Origin: Calditrichia bacterium
Lineage (GTDB): Bacteria > Calditrichota > Calditrichia > JAJRVZ01
Length of the DNA: 64,000 nucleotides
Direction of reading: 5' to 3'
NCBI GenBank assembly: GCA_963796965.1
Contig: CAWCNS010000016.1
Location: 160,001-224,000 of the forward strand
In this document: positions 1 through 10,544 of the stretch, one piece after another
Numbering within the stretch: the first letter of the stretch is position 1
Layout of the letters: every line of letters starts with the position of its first letter
The notes under the pieces: generated by a model
Databases searched by the model: none
What the model saw: only the letters and a program-made list of their open reading frames with translations
What the model was told of the DNA's origin: nothing
Translations under genes and position numbers: made by a program

Positions 1-351
1 TTCCATAATTTTAGCAAGTGTATCGTATAATTTCATCTCTTTTTCATTCAGGTTCAGAGTGGCAAAAATGCGATCTTTGGAAAAAATATAATCACTGATC
101 ATACATTGTTGAAATAGATCATGTTGCTTTAAAGTCTGCTGTTGCTGAAAACGGCTGATCAGAAAAAAAATCTGAGTTTGGAAGGCATAATGATCAGGAT
201 CATCATAAAAATCCTCTAAAAAGGGATTTTTTTCAAACTCTTCATAGATAGCCTTAGCACCTAATGTTTGGCTTAATCGTGCTGTAAGACTTGTCTTTCC
301 CGCACCAATTACACCCTCGATTGCAATAAACCTTAAATCTTCGATAGCCAT
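1..351 (-). CDS. Deoxynucleoside kinase (dCK/dGK family), 3'-truncated by window edge
   Basis: Manual translation from ATG at 351: MAIEDLRFIAIEGVIGAGKTSL...FEKNPFLEDFY...FQTQIFFLISRFQQ; P-loop and family motifs; follows folK. Confidence 0.9.
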   Translation of the reverse strand, partial: MAIEDLRFIAIEGVIGAGKTSLTARLSQTLGAKAIYEEFEKNPFLEDFYDDPDHYAFQTQIFFLISRFQQQQTLKQHDLFQQCMISDYIFSKDRIFATLNLNEKEMKLYDTLAKIME

Positions 352-355
352 TTTT

Positions 356-847
356 TTACCATACTGATTCGATTTTCTGAATATACGATTGATCCGTACA
401 AGTATCCAGCAATTCTGAAATTGCCTGATTGTGAAGAGGTATACGGAGATCATTATCTAATTCTGCCAGAGGGACCAGGACAAAAAGCCTCTGGGCTAAA
501 AGGGGATGAGGTATTTTAAGATCAGGTTCATTCACCTGATAGTTCTCACATAGCAGGATATCAATATCGATTTCCCGTGGTCCCCATTTTTCTCTTTTTC
601 TGCGTCCAATAAATATCTCGATATTTTTTATTTCTTTCAACAATTTTTGAGGTGTCAGTGAAGACTGAAATTTTATAACGGCATTATAAAATTCTGATTG
701 TTCCTTGTTCCCCCAAGCCTGGGATTTGTAAAGGGCAGATTTATTAAGTATCTGCCCATACTGTAATAGATGCGCACATGCTTTATTAAGGTAATCAATT
801 CGTGGCTCAATATTTGAGCCCAGACCAAGATGATAATTATTGATCAT
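356..847 (-). CDS. folK: 2-amino-4-hydroxy-6-hydroxymethyldihydropteridine diphosphokinase
   Basis: LGLGSN, FYNAV, KWGPREIDIDIL, IPHP motifs; ATG at 847 overlaps folB stop. Confidence 0.95.
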   Translation of the reverse strand: MINNYHLGLGSNIEPRIDYLNKACAHLLQYGQILNKSALYKSQAWGNKEQSEFYNAVIKFQSSLTPQKLLKEIKNIEIFIGRRKREKWGPREIDIDILLCENYQVNEPDLKIPHPLLAQRLFVLVPLAELDNDLRIPLHNQAISELLDTCTDQSYIQKIESVW

Positions 848-1202
848 CTCTTGTTCTTTTGATTTCAATTTCGATATGGTCAAGAAACCCTTTTAAGGGA
901 ACATGGGGCTTTCGCACCCTTATAAGCACTGAAGAGACTGCGAAAGCGTGCAGTATTTGACTTGCGATTCTCTCTGCAACCGTTTCTAAGAGTTTAAACT
1001 TATTATTTTCAAAAGTGTCTTTTACCAAGGCATAGATTTGTTGATAGTTTACAGTTTGGTGAAGGTCATCAGAGATTGCAGCCTGTCGTAAATCGCATTC
1101 AACTTCGATATCTAACTCAAATCTTTGGCCCATCTCTCTTTCCGCTTCGTAATAGCCATGGTGGGCATAAAGTACAATATTAGTAAGTTTTATAATATCC
1201 AT
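837..1202 (-). CDS. folB: Dihydroneopterin aldolase
   Basis: YAHHG, GQRFELD, TVNY, LLETVAE, KPHVP motifs. Confidence 0.95.
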   Translation of the reverse strand: MDIIKLTNIVLYAHHGYYEAEREMGQRFELDIEVECDLRQAAISDDLHQTVNYQQIYALVKDTFENNKFKLLETVAERIASQILHAFAVSSVLIRVRKPHVPLKGFLDHIEIEIKRTRDDQ

Positions 1203-1274
1203 TGAAATTGTAATCCGATCTAAGGGGGTGAAAATTCTTTGGCATTTAATATATCAATACTATCATTTTATATC

Positions 1275-1309
1275 AAAAAAAAACCCTGACCGGATTCGGT
1301 CAGGGTTTT
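1275..1309 (-). terminator. Intrinsic terminator after groEL
   Basis: AAAACCCTGACCG-GATT-CGGTCAGGGTTTT hairpin with a T-run on the minus strand, 21 nt after the groEL stop. Confidence 0.9.
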
Positions 1310-1330
1310 GAGTAGGGAGTACTTTATATT

Positions 1331-2967
1331 TTAGTACATTCCGCCCATTCCACCACCCGGAGGCATTGCCGGCATAGCAGGAGCATCCTTCTCCGGCTCA
1401 TCTGCTATCAAGGCTTCGGTCATCAGCAATAAAGCTGCGACTGATGAAGCGTTCTCCAGAGCGCTACGTGAAACTTTGGTCGGATCTATGATACCAGCCT
1501 CGAAAAGATCTTCAAAGATTTCCTTAGCGGCATTATATCCATAGGCCCCGTCTTTAGATTTAACATCTTCGACGATGACGGCTCCTTCTTTACCAGCGTT
1601 GGCAACGATCTGCCGAATGGGTTCTTCAATCAGCTCTCTTTAACAATACCAACACCAATGGTATTGTCTGCGTTAGCACCTTTAATTTTATCTAGTGCTT
1701 TTATGGTACGCAAGTAGGCAACACCACCACCAGGAACAATACCTTCTTCAACAGCTGCGCGTGTTGCATGTAAGGCGTCTTCTACGCGTGCTTTTTTCTC
1801 TTTCATTTCAACTTCTGTGGCAGCACCGATCTTCAATACAGCAACACCACCGGCTAGTTTGGCAAGGCGTTCCTGAAGTTTCTCACGGTCGTAATCACTG
1901 GAAGTGTTTTCGATCTGTGTACGGATCTGAGAAACACGGCCTTTGATCTCATCACCTTTACCACCACCTTCGATGATGGTCGTATTATCTTTGTCAATTA
2001 CAACGCGTTTGGCACTACCTAAATCAGTTGGCTGAGTATTCTCCAGTTTAAAACCAGCATCTTCACTGATCACGCGACCACCGGTCAGAATAGCAATATC
2101 TTCCAACATAGCTTTGCGGCGATCACCAAAACCTGGTGCTTTTACAGAAGCGATCTTTAAAGTTCCGCGTAATTTATTAACCACCATAGTGGCTAATGCT
2201 TCACCTTCGATATCTTCTGCAATTATCAAAAGGCCTTTGCCCATTTGTGCCACTTTTTCGAGCACCGGTAAAAGATCTTTCATATTACTGATTTTTTTGT
2301 CATGAATAAGAATGACAGGATCTTCAAGAACGACTTCCATAGTATCAGCATCAGTTACAAAATAGGGAGAGACATAACCACGATCAAACTGCATACCTTC
2401 GACAACATCAAGGGATGTTTCAATGGATTTTGCTTCCTCAACAGTAATTACACCATCTTTACCTACTTTATCCATTGCATCAGCAATCAGATTGCCAATA
2501 GCATCATCATTATTTGCAGAAATTGAACCAACCTGAGCGATTTCCTTTTTACCAGCAACTTCGCGACTCATTTTTTTCAATTCACCAACGACGGTCTCAA
2601 CAGCCATCTCGATGCCTTTTTTAAGCTCGGTTGGATTTGCTCCAGCCGTAACGTTTTTCAGACCTTCAGTATAAATAGCCTGGGCTAAAATAGTCGCCGT
2701 TGTGGTTCCATCACCAGCAACATCACTGGTTTTAGAAGCAACTTCTTTAACCATCTGTGCGCCCATATTCTCCATTGGATCTTCAAGTTCAATTTCTTTT
2801 GCAACTGTAACGCCATCTTTTGTTACAGTGGGAGAGCCGAATTTCTTGTCAATTACCACATTGCGTCCTTTAGGACCAAGTGTAACTTTTACAGCCTTTG
2901 CAAGTTGATCAATACCTTTTTTCAACTTGGTGCGGGCTTCGCTATCATATTCTATAATCTTAGCCAT
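1331..2967 (-). CDS. groEL: Chaperonin GroEL (frameshifted near 1630-1642, probably sequencing error)
   Basis: Canonical GroEL sequence; continues in another frame as [13 protein letters not shown]...[18 protein letters not shown]...[10 protein letters not shown] (stop 1331-1333); removing 2 nt restores IVKRAIEEP. Confidence 0.97.
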
Positions 2968-2992
2968 ATTTCCTCCAATTAATTTATATTAT

Positions 2993-3277
2993 TTATACTA
3001 TTGCTAAAATGTCGCTCTCGCGAACGATTAAATACTCACTGCCTTCAATGGTTACTTCCGTGCCTGAATATTTTCCATAAAGCACTTTGTCGCCAACTTT
3101 TACTTCCAATTTAATGGTTTCGCCTGAATCAGCAACTTTTCCAGCGCCGGCTGCTACCACTTTACCCATCTGTGGTTTTTCTTTAGCCGTATCTGGAAGA
3201 TAAATACCACCACTGGTTTTCTCTTCAGCTTCCAATGGTTCGATTACAACGCGATCTGATAATGGCTTAACTTTCAT
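2993..3277 (-). CDS. groES: Co-chaperonin GroES
   Basis: [31 protein letters not shown]. Confidence 0.98.
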   Translation of the reverse strand: MKVKPLSDRVVIEPLEAEEKTSGGIYLPDTAKEKPQMGKVVAAGAGKVADSGETIKLEVKVGDKVLYGKYSGTEVTIEGSEYLIVRESDILAIV

Positions 3278-3324
3278 TGATTCCTCCTATTATGATTATG
3301 ATAAATGATTTATTTATATTTGTG

Positions 3325-3351
3325 TTAGCACTCAATATTGCTGAGTGCTAA
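3325..3351. promoter_or_regulatory. CIRCE operator (HrcA binding site)
   Basis: Perfect TTAGCACTC-N9-GAGTGCTAA directly upstream of groES. Confidence 0.97.
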
Positions 3352-3850
3352 CAATTTACTATCCTTACCTCTTTAAAATCAAGAAAAATTTATCTTTTAT
3401 ACACTAAATATCCTAAATTTTCATGTCATTATTTTCTGAATCTATACTTGGATTAGACTAAACCGATAAAGATACAAGATTAGAGGAAAAGGGTTTGTAT
3501 CTTATAGATGTTTTTGAATTTCTTTATAAAACTCGATCCCTGATGCCTTGAGGGTGATTCATCGCAAAGTTTTAATCAAATTAAAGCAAGATTTTTAATA
3601 CAGTTAGCATATAGATACAACAGAAAAAAAGAAGAAAAATTTTATAAATTAAATACTATGCTTGAATATTTTGTGATAAAAATTCGTAACTTGATTATGA
3701 ATCTAATTACAGTAACGAAATATCGCTTGTCCTGAGTAACGCTTGGTGAATATCCCTCCAATATTTATAAAGCGGGATTTGACTAATTCATTCAAACGTT
3801 TTCATTTATTATATCATTCCTGCCATTTTTAATTATTTATTGAGGTGTTC

Positions 3851-5041
3851 ATGAAAAAATTCAGTCTTACAACGATTCAGAAAGGAATTACTGAAGCAAA
3901 ACTAGATGGCTGGCTTTTTTATGATTTTATGGGTAGTGATCCGGTAGGGCGCTCGATGTTGAAAGTCAGTAATGAACTGATGAATTCACGTCGTTGGTTT
4001 TATTTTATTCCTTCACAGGGTGTACCGACTAAACTTGTCCATGCCTTGGAGAATAAAATTCTCGACCATTTACCAGGGAAAAAAGAAGTATATATGGGTT
4101 GGGTGGAGATGGGCGAAAAACTTCAATTAATTGTTCGGGAAAAATCAAAGATAGCTGTTCAGTATTCTGCAAAAAATGCCATTCCTATGATATCTCGTAT
4201 TGATGCAGGAATGTTTGAGTTGTTGAAATCATTCAAAATAAATCTTGTCTCTTCAGGTGATCTTGTACAAGAGTTTGATGCCCGTCTGAGCAGACCGCAG
4301 ATCAATACACATCTAAATACAGCTACTGAAATTCACTCTCTTTTTGATAAAACAGTTCGCTATATAAAACGTAAATTGAAAAGTCATCAAGAAGTAAATG
4401 AGCTAAGTATACAAAAATTTTTACAAGGTCAGTTGCAGGCCCGTGGATTGGTGTCAAGTTTGCCCCAGATTATTGCTGTTGGACAGAATACGGGTGATCC
4501 AAGATATTTTCCTACTGAGAAAAGTAATAAGCCCCTCCATGATAAAAGTCTCGTTCAATTATCACTTCGCGCGCGTGATAAAAGTGATGATGCTATTTAT
4601 GCCAGTGGTAGCTGGGTGATTTATATTGGTAAAGAATTGCCGGAATTATATGAAAATAATTTTCACATTTTAAAAAATATCCGCGATAGTGCATTTGATT
4701 TCATCCGCACATCTCTAAAAAAGGCGAAACCCATTCATGGTTGGGAAGTAGACGCCTATGCTCGAAAAATAATTGGTGAAGTTAATCTTGAACCCCATTA
4801 TCTCCACCGAACCGGTCACTCTTTGGGAAGCGCTTTCTATGGTAATGGGGCAAATCTTGATAATCTGGAAACCCGTGATAACAGAAAGATTATTCCTGGC
4901 CTCTGTTTTACTATTGTTCCGGGTATCTATTTTTCTGACTATGGAATGCGTAGTGAGATAAACCTGTATATTGATTCAAAAGGCGTTCATCTTAGCTCGC
5001 CTCAAAAACAGGATGAGATTGTTCATATCCTGCTGGGGTGA
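3851..5041 (+). CDS. M24 (Xaa-Pro aminopeptidase) family protein with degenerate metal ligands
   Basis: LDGWLFYDF, HRTGHSLG, PGIY, GMRSE; GAGGTG RBS before ATG 3851. Confidence 0.85.
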   Translation: MKKFSLTTIQKGITEAKLDGWLFYDFMGSDPVGRSMLKVSNELMNSRRWFYFIPSQGVPTKLVHALENKILDHLPGKKEVYMGWVEMGEKLQLIVREKSKIAVQYSAKNAIPMISRIDAGMFELLKSFKINLVSSGDLVQEFDARLSRPQINTHLNTATEIHSLFDKTVRYIKRKLKSHQEVNELSIQKFLQGQLQARGLVSSLPQIIAVGQNTGDPRYFPTEKSNKPLHDKSLVQLSLRARDKSDDAIYASGSWVIYIGKELPELYENNFHILKNIRDSAFDFIRTSLKKAKPIHGWEVDAYARKIIGEVNLEPHYLHRTGHSLGSAFYGNGANLDNLETRDNRKIIPGLCFTIVPGIYFSDYGMRSEINLYIDSKGVHLSSPQKQDEIVHILLG

Positions 5042-5216
5042 TGCGCGCCACTGGCTCCTCAATGCTCGTCCCTCGGTACCAGAATTTAGCTACTCGGTTT
5101 AAGGTTATAGAAGACTTGTGAAACTTGATATTTCAGGTCACTAAAGTAAAATTAGACTTGATAAGAATGAGTGAAGGGAAAAACTTTTAGATCCCAGATC
5201 TTAGTAAACCAATTCT

Positions 5217-7616
5217 ATGAAAAAGCGTATTCTTATAATAACCGCTTCAATAATCTTAGTTCTTATTATTTCATTATTCATCACCGTTTATATCCTCCTT
5301 ACAGCCTCACTTCCTGTGAGGGAAGGAACTATTCAGATAAGTGGTCTGCAGAGTGAGGTGGAAATCCTTTTTGATGAAAAAGGGATTCCCCAAATCTGGG
5401 CTGATAGTGAGAAAGATGCCTGGCTGGCTGTTGGTTGGTTACATGCGTCTGACAGACTCTTCCAGATGGAAATTACACGTCGGATTTCTCAAGGTAGGTT
5501 GTCGGAGTGGTTTGGAGATCTAACCCTGAATTACGATCGTCAACAACGTAAAGTCAATCATTTAGATCTTGCCAGACGTAGTTTGATTAATATTGAAGAA
5601 TCCCATAAAGATTTACTCAAGGCTTATGTTGCAGGAATTAACCAATTTGTTGATCAAACAAAGGCACTTCCATTTGAGTTTTATCTTTTGGGTGGCACAT
5701 ATAAGCCATGGGATATGACCGATGTTGTGGCGGTGTTCAGTTTTCAAACCTGGTTTTCAGACATTCTGCAGAATAATGACCAATTTTTTATATCTCTCGA
5801 GGATTCTCTGGGATCCGTGAAGGCGAATAATATCATCATCCCCTACCCGCCTACGGCACCTAAAACGGTACCACAACCAGAATCTATGTCTCAATTAGAG
5901 GGAAAATCCACCAGATTTAACAAAGAGCAAAATTCATGGAAGTCGGCTATTGTAAAGGCCTTATTCTTGGATGGATTTAATCCGTATAGTCTCACGCAGG
6001 CTTCTAATGCATGGGTTGTTTCTCCGCAAAAAAGTCAATCAGGGCAGGCACTTCTGGCAAACGACCCACATCTAGAGGTGAGCCGGCTTCCTCAATTCTG
6101 GTATATCGTGGGTATTCATACAAATGATGGTGAATTGGATGTTGTTGGAATTACCACGCCGGGTGTTCCAGCTGTTGTGATGGGACATAATGGGAATATT
6201 GCCTGGGCCTTTACAGCAGCCGCAATTGATATTACAGATGAATATGTCGAAAAAGTCAACCCGGAGAATTCGGCAGAATATCTGCATAGTGGAATATATT
6301 TACCATTTGAAGAACGCATAGAGTACATAAAAGTTGGTGGTTCAGGGCAGATAGATACGCTTTTGGTAAGATCTACAAAAAATGGTCCTGTGATAAGTGA
6401 AAACAGGGAAGGTACTGAGGTCCATACGATGCACTGGGCTGGCACTGATATTTTACCCTCAGAGGCAGTCGGATCAGGTTTTAAATTGACAAAATGTACT
6501 AATTTTGATCAATTTCGCAAAATAGTAACCCATTTCGCAGCCCTGGATGCAAACTGGCTTTATGCTGATAAAGACGGAAATATTGGCTATCAGCTGGGGA
6601 CACCTATTCCTGTCAGAGAGTTTGAGAAAAGTCAAACCAGGCTGCCTGGTTGGAATGATGATTATTCCTGGAAAGGATATTATTCATTGGAGGATACACC
6701 TCATGCATATAACCCGGAAAGAGGTTGGCTGGCATCGTGCAATAACAAGCCCGATGATAAAAATCTTAAATATCCTCTGCCAGGAAATTTTGCTGATGGT
6801 AGAATTCGGCGTATCCAGGAATTACTCACTTCAGCGGATCATTTCTCTGTCTCCCAAATGAAAAAATTTCAGTTGGATCTTGTTTCTGTAAATATTTTGA
6901 AATGGAAAAACGAGATTAATAAGATTCTTCTGGAAATTGGTGAAATAATGATGGCGGAATCTATCAATAATTGGAAGGGAAGTGCGGATATAAATTCAAA
7001 GTCAACGGCACTTATTGAGACTTGGATGATTATACTAATTCGGGAAATATTTGAAGATGAATTACCAAATCATATGAAGGAATTTTATAATCAGACTTAT
7101 AATCGTGAACGAAATCTTTTTTCACTGTATTTTTCTAATGATGAGATGTTTTTAAACAAGAGTGAAGGTGGGGGAGATCGGCACGAGATAGCCACCCGGG
7201 CAATGCGAGAGGCAATTCAGATCGTAGACAGAAAATCCTGGGGCGAAATTCAAACCCTGACCATGGCCCACCCGCTTGCAGAGGTTCCGCTTCTTTCTTC
7301 TTTATTGTCTCTCCGTCGGGGACCCTTTCCGAGGCCCGGTGTTACCAGTAGTTTAAACAATTCAACATCGTTCTGGAATGAAGAAGGCAAATTTGTAAGC
7401 AGGGGAGGTCCAAGCTGGCGCTTTATACTCGATTTTGAGAATAGTGATCAAACTCAGATTGTCATCCCAGCAGGACAATCCGGCCACCCTTTGAGCCCTC
7501 ATTTCTTTGACTTTTATTCTTTGTGGGAACAGGGGGAGTATTGGGTATTGCCTTTCAGCAAAGACGAAGTTATTGAGCGATCCGAATCGGTTATAAGAAT
7601 GACATCGGAACGGTGA
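5217..7616 (+). CDS. Penicillin acylase family (S45) Ntn hydrolase, membrane anchored
   Basis: N-terminal TM helix, GIPQI, DRLFQM, SNAWVV nucleophile, LANDPHL, GQSGHP. Confidence 0.93.
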   Translation: MKKRILIITASIILVLIISLFITVYILLTASLPVREGTIQISGLQSEVEILFDEKGIPQIWADSEKDAWLAVGWLHASDRLFQMEITRRISQGRLSEWFGDLTLNYDRQQRKVNHLDLARRSLINIEESHKDLLKAYVAGINQFVDQTKALPFEFYLLGGTYKPWDMTDVVAVFSFQTWFSDILQNNDQFFISLEDSLGSVKANNIIIPYPPTAPKTVPQPESMSQLEGKSTRFNKEQNSWKSAIVKALFLDGFNPYSLTQASNAWVVSPQKSQSGQALLANDPHLEVSRLPQFWYIVGIHTNDGELDVVGITTPGVPAVVMGHNGNIAWAFTAAAIDITDEYVEKVNPENSAEYLHSGIYLPFEERIEYIKVGGSGQIDTLLVRSTKNGPVISENREGTEVHTMHWAGTDILPSEAVGSGFKLTKCTNFDQFRKIVTHFAALDANWLYADKDGNIGYQLGTPIPVREFEKSQTRLPGWNDDYSWKGYYSLEDTPHAYNPERGWLASCNNKPDDKNLKYPLPGNFADGRIRRIQELLTSADHFSVSQMKKFQLDLVSVNILKWKNEINKILLEIGEIMMAESINNWKGSADINSKSTALIETWMIILIREIFEDELPNHMKEFYNQTYNRERNLFSLYFSNDEMFLNKSEGGGDRHEIATRAMREAIQIVDRKSWGEIQTLTMAHPLAEVPLLSSLLSLRRGPFPRPGVTSSLNNSTSFWNEEGKFVSRGGPSWRFILDFENSDQTQIVIPAGQSGHPLSPHFFDFYSLWEQGEYWVLPFSKDEVIERSESVIRMTSER

Positions 7617-7849
7617 GACGCGATATTAGATTTTTGAAGTTGATTTTGGTTCTGGTAAAATTCTTGATGATTTTAACCAGATTCGTTTTCCCGAGGGAAA
7701 CGTTTCTTTCTGGTATTCTCAATAATTGGTTCTTGGTCCTAGGCCCTCGCTCTTCGGTTCACGGTACCGGAAGAGCTGTAACCTATGATTTAACAGGCCA
7801 CTTAAGTGAAACAAGACTTGACAAGCTGAAGCAAAGGACACAACTTTTA

Positions 7850-7910
<61 letters not shown>

Positions 7911-7926
7911 ATAAAAAGGAATTTTC

Positions 7927-9012
7927 ATGCACCAAATAATAGATTTGCATTGCGATACTATTGGCGAGGTACAGGCCGGGGCCAATCTGAGAGAGGGTAA
8001 TCCCGGGGGTCATATCGACATCTCGAGGTTAAGAAAAGGGAATGTAGGATGTCAGATTTTTGCATGCTATATTTCTTCGGTTGTTCCCGAGAAATTTGCA
8101 TATAAAGAGGTTGTTACGCTACTTAACCTGATTAATGATATCTGTGAAGTATTTTCTTCTGATTTTCAGAAAGTAGAAAGTGTTTCAGATCTTTCATCCT
8201 GTGCAGCACAAAATAAAATTGGTGTTATTTCTGCTGTGGAGAATGGACATGCTATTGCAAACAATATAAAAAATCTCGAAAAATTGTATGATTTAGGTAC
8301 GCGTTATATGACCCTGACACATTCGAAAAATTTAGAGTGGGCTGCATCGTCGGGGGAATCTGAATGTTCCTTTGATGGATTAACATCATTCGGCGAATCT
8401 GTCGTCTCAGCTATGAATGAAATAGGAATGATAATCGATGTTTCTCATGTGCATGAAAGTACATTTTGGGCGGTGGCAAAAAAAACAAAAAAACCGGTCA
8501 TCGCATCCCACTCCAATTCAGCAGCCTTATGTCCGATACCCCGTAATTTAAAAGATGACCAGATAAAGGCAATTGCCGAAACAGGAGGTATGGTTGGTAT
8601 AAATTTTTATCCCGGATTTTTAAACAAGGAATATGAAAAAAAACAAAATGAACGGTGTGGTGATTTATTTTTGATGCTTCAGGATATTGAAAAAGATCTT
8701 TGGCAGGATGCCAAAGAGAGACAGCAGGCTATGAATAAGTTAGGAACTGAATTAAATTCACGAATGGTAGATTTACATGTTGGGATTGAATCAATAGTTG
8801 ATCATATTACATATATTGTTGATCTTGTAGGCGATGATTATGTTGGTTTTGGTTCTGATTTTGATGGGCTGCCGGCTCTCCCCGTTGGAGTGACTGGTTG
8901 TGATATCTTCCCCTCAATTATCGGGGTCATGGATGCAAGAGGATTTTCTAACTCCTCTATTAAAAAAATATGTTCGCAGAATTTTATTCGTATTTTTGAG
9001 GCAATTCAATAA
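7927..9012 (+). CDS. Membrane dipeptidase (peptidase M19)
   Basis: DLHCDT, VENG, IIDVSH, ASHS, RN, GFGSDFDG. Confidence 0.93.
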   Translation: MHQIIDLHCDTIGEVQAGANLREGNPGGHIDISRLRKGNVGCQIFACYISSVVPEKFAYKEVVTLLNLINDICEVFSSDFQKVESVSDLSSCAAQNKIGVISAVENGHAIANNIKNLEKLYDLGTRYMTLTHSKNLEWAASSGESECSFDGLTSFGESVVSAMNEIGMIIDVSHVHESTFWAVAKKTKKPVIASHSNSAALCPIPRNLKDDQIKAIAETGGMVGINFYPGFLNKEYEKKQNERCGDLFLMLQDIEKDLWQDAKERQQAMNKLGTELNSRMVDLHVGIESIVDHITYIVDLVGDDYVGFGSDFDGLPALPVGVTGCDIFPSIIGVMDARGFSNSSIKKICSQNFIRIFEAIQ

Positions 9013-9019
9013 AATAATT

Positions 9020-9054
9020 GAATTAGGAATTAGGAATTAGGTATTAGGAATTCG
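9020..9054 (+). repeat. Heptamer tandem repeat (GAATTAG) x5, partly degenerate
   Basis: gaattag gaattag gaattag gtattag gaattcg between convergent genes; overlaps the radical SAM stop. Confidence 0.85.
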
Positions 9055-10320
9055 GATCTTACCTAAGGTTTTCTTACCAAAGTCTTCCTCGAATTGTTCA
9101 TTAGTGTCATAAACATAGCCCAGAGATTTTTCCCAAATACTCGCTTTTTCCATGCACAAATAAAAGAATACATCATCCTTCCAAAGATTAAATGCCTCGT
9201 ATATTCGTTTGAACATTTTGACTTTTATATGATCCGGGTAAGTCATTTTGCCATGAGGATCGGTAACGAAGTCCATCTGCAATGTCTTCGTGGGATTGCC
9301 AAGTTTACGGATTTTTTGGATAACCGGTTTTATTAATGTAATAGATCCAAATGAAACAAATAGAACTTCGTTCGGATCAAAATTGTCGATAAGCTGCGCG
9401 GCTATCTGTGGATAATCGTCAAACCATCCCTTATAGTAGACCATGGGGTGAAAATGAAAGGCAACTTTTATTCCTGCATCGGCACATTTTCTTGCAGCCA
9501 AAATCCTATCCGAAAGAGAGGCCGTGAAATGCTCCTCGTTTTCAATAATTGTATTACTATTTAATGACCAGCTGCATACAATATTTGGGGGAATTTTATT
9601 CTCGAGAAAATATCTAATATTATTCGATTTTGTCTTAAACTCCATTAAAATGTTTTGATGGCTTGCTGCAAATTCAAGATGGGCATCGAGAATGCCATTG
9701 CGATTTCCCCAGACTAATGAATCTGAGGATTGCCCGGTGCCAAAATGATAAAAACGATTGGTATCAATGGGGATAGCTTTTAATTTTTCGCTAATATTTT
9801 TTTGTATACGGATATCCCCTTCATAAAAAGTCTGGATTGTGCAATAGCTGCACCCATAGACACAATTTTCTACTGTATCAATAGTATGAAGATTGCAGCA
9901 TATTGTCTTATCTGAAGCGACTGGACACATACCATGGATCTTTTTATCATTCTCTTCTGCTGTAATAATTCGCGATTCCCGCATTATGGGATGGAATTGA
10001 GATTCTTTTGGATAAACTTTTTCCTGCTCTTTTAATTGAGAAAGATAAGATTTTAGTTTGTAAAACAGATCTTTTTTGTCTCCTATTATTTTTTCTTCCG
10101 AATCATTATTATATTTTTTACACCATGAAATTATATCCGGTTCACCCCACATGGCCAAATCCCTGCTCGCTTCAACAAACTGACGGAATTCCTGGAAAGT
10201 AAATCTATAACGACGGGCCATCTCTTCAATAAATTGTCTTTGATCGGGCGTTAAATCTTCAAATAGGGTTTTACCCTTGAATGAATCGAACTTTGTTGTA
10301 TAATCAATTGTTTTTCTCAT
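9037..10320 (-). CDS. Spore photoproduct lyase-like radical SAM protein
   Basis: CVYGCSYC cluster motif, GTGQSSDSL, EFKTKS, SWSLN, FHFHP, YLCME. Confidence 0.8.
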   Translation of the reverse strand: MRKTIDYTTKFDSFKGKTLFEDLTPDQRQFIEEMARRYRFTFQEFRQFVEASRDLAMWGEPDIISWCKKYNNDSEEKIIGDKKDLFYKLKSYLSQLKEQEKVYPKESQFHPIMRESRIITAEENDKKIHGMCPVASDKTICCNLHTIDTVENCVYGCSYCTIQTFYEGDIRIQKNISEKLKAIPIDTNRFYHFGTGQSSDSLVWGNRNGILDAHLEFAASHQNILMEFKTKSNNIRYFLENKIPPNIVCSWSLNSNTIIENEEHFTASLSDRILAARKCADAGIKVAFHFHPMVYYKGWFDDYPQIAAQLIDNFDPNEVLFVSFGSITLIKPVIQKIRKLGNPTKTLQMDFVTDPHGKMTYPDHIKVKMFKRIYEAFNLWKDDVFFYLCMEKASIWEKSLGYVYDTNEQFEEDFGKKTLGKIRIPNT

Positions 10321-10544
10321 ACTATTTTTAATGATAATCTTGCCTTATATATTTCATATAAATCGATTGATATTCATATTTATCTGATTCTGGTCATATT
10401 GAAATAATTTAGGGTGAGGAGATTGATCAGGCAAGTAAACCAGGTTTAACATTTGAGAATATTTATTAATAATTTTGTATAATTTTTTTTTATTCTTAAT
10501 CTGCATAGTCTTAATTTTTAATAAATGAATTTTTGGAGCCATAA

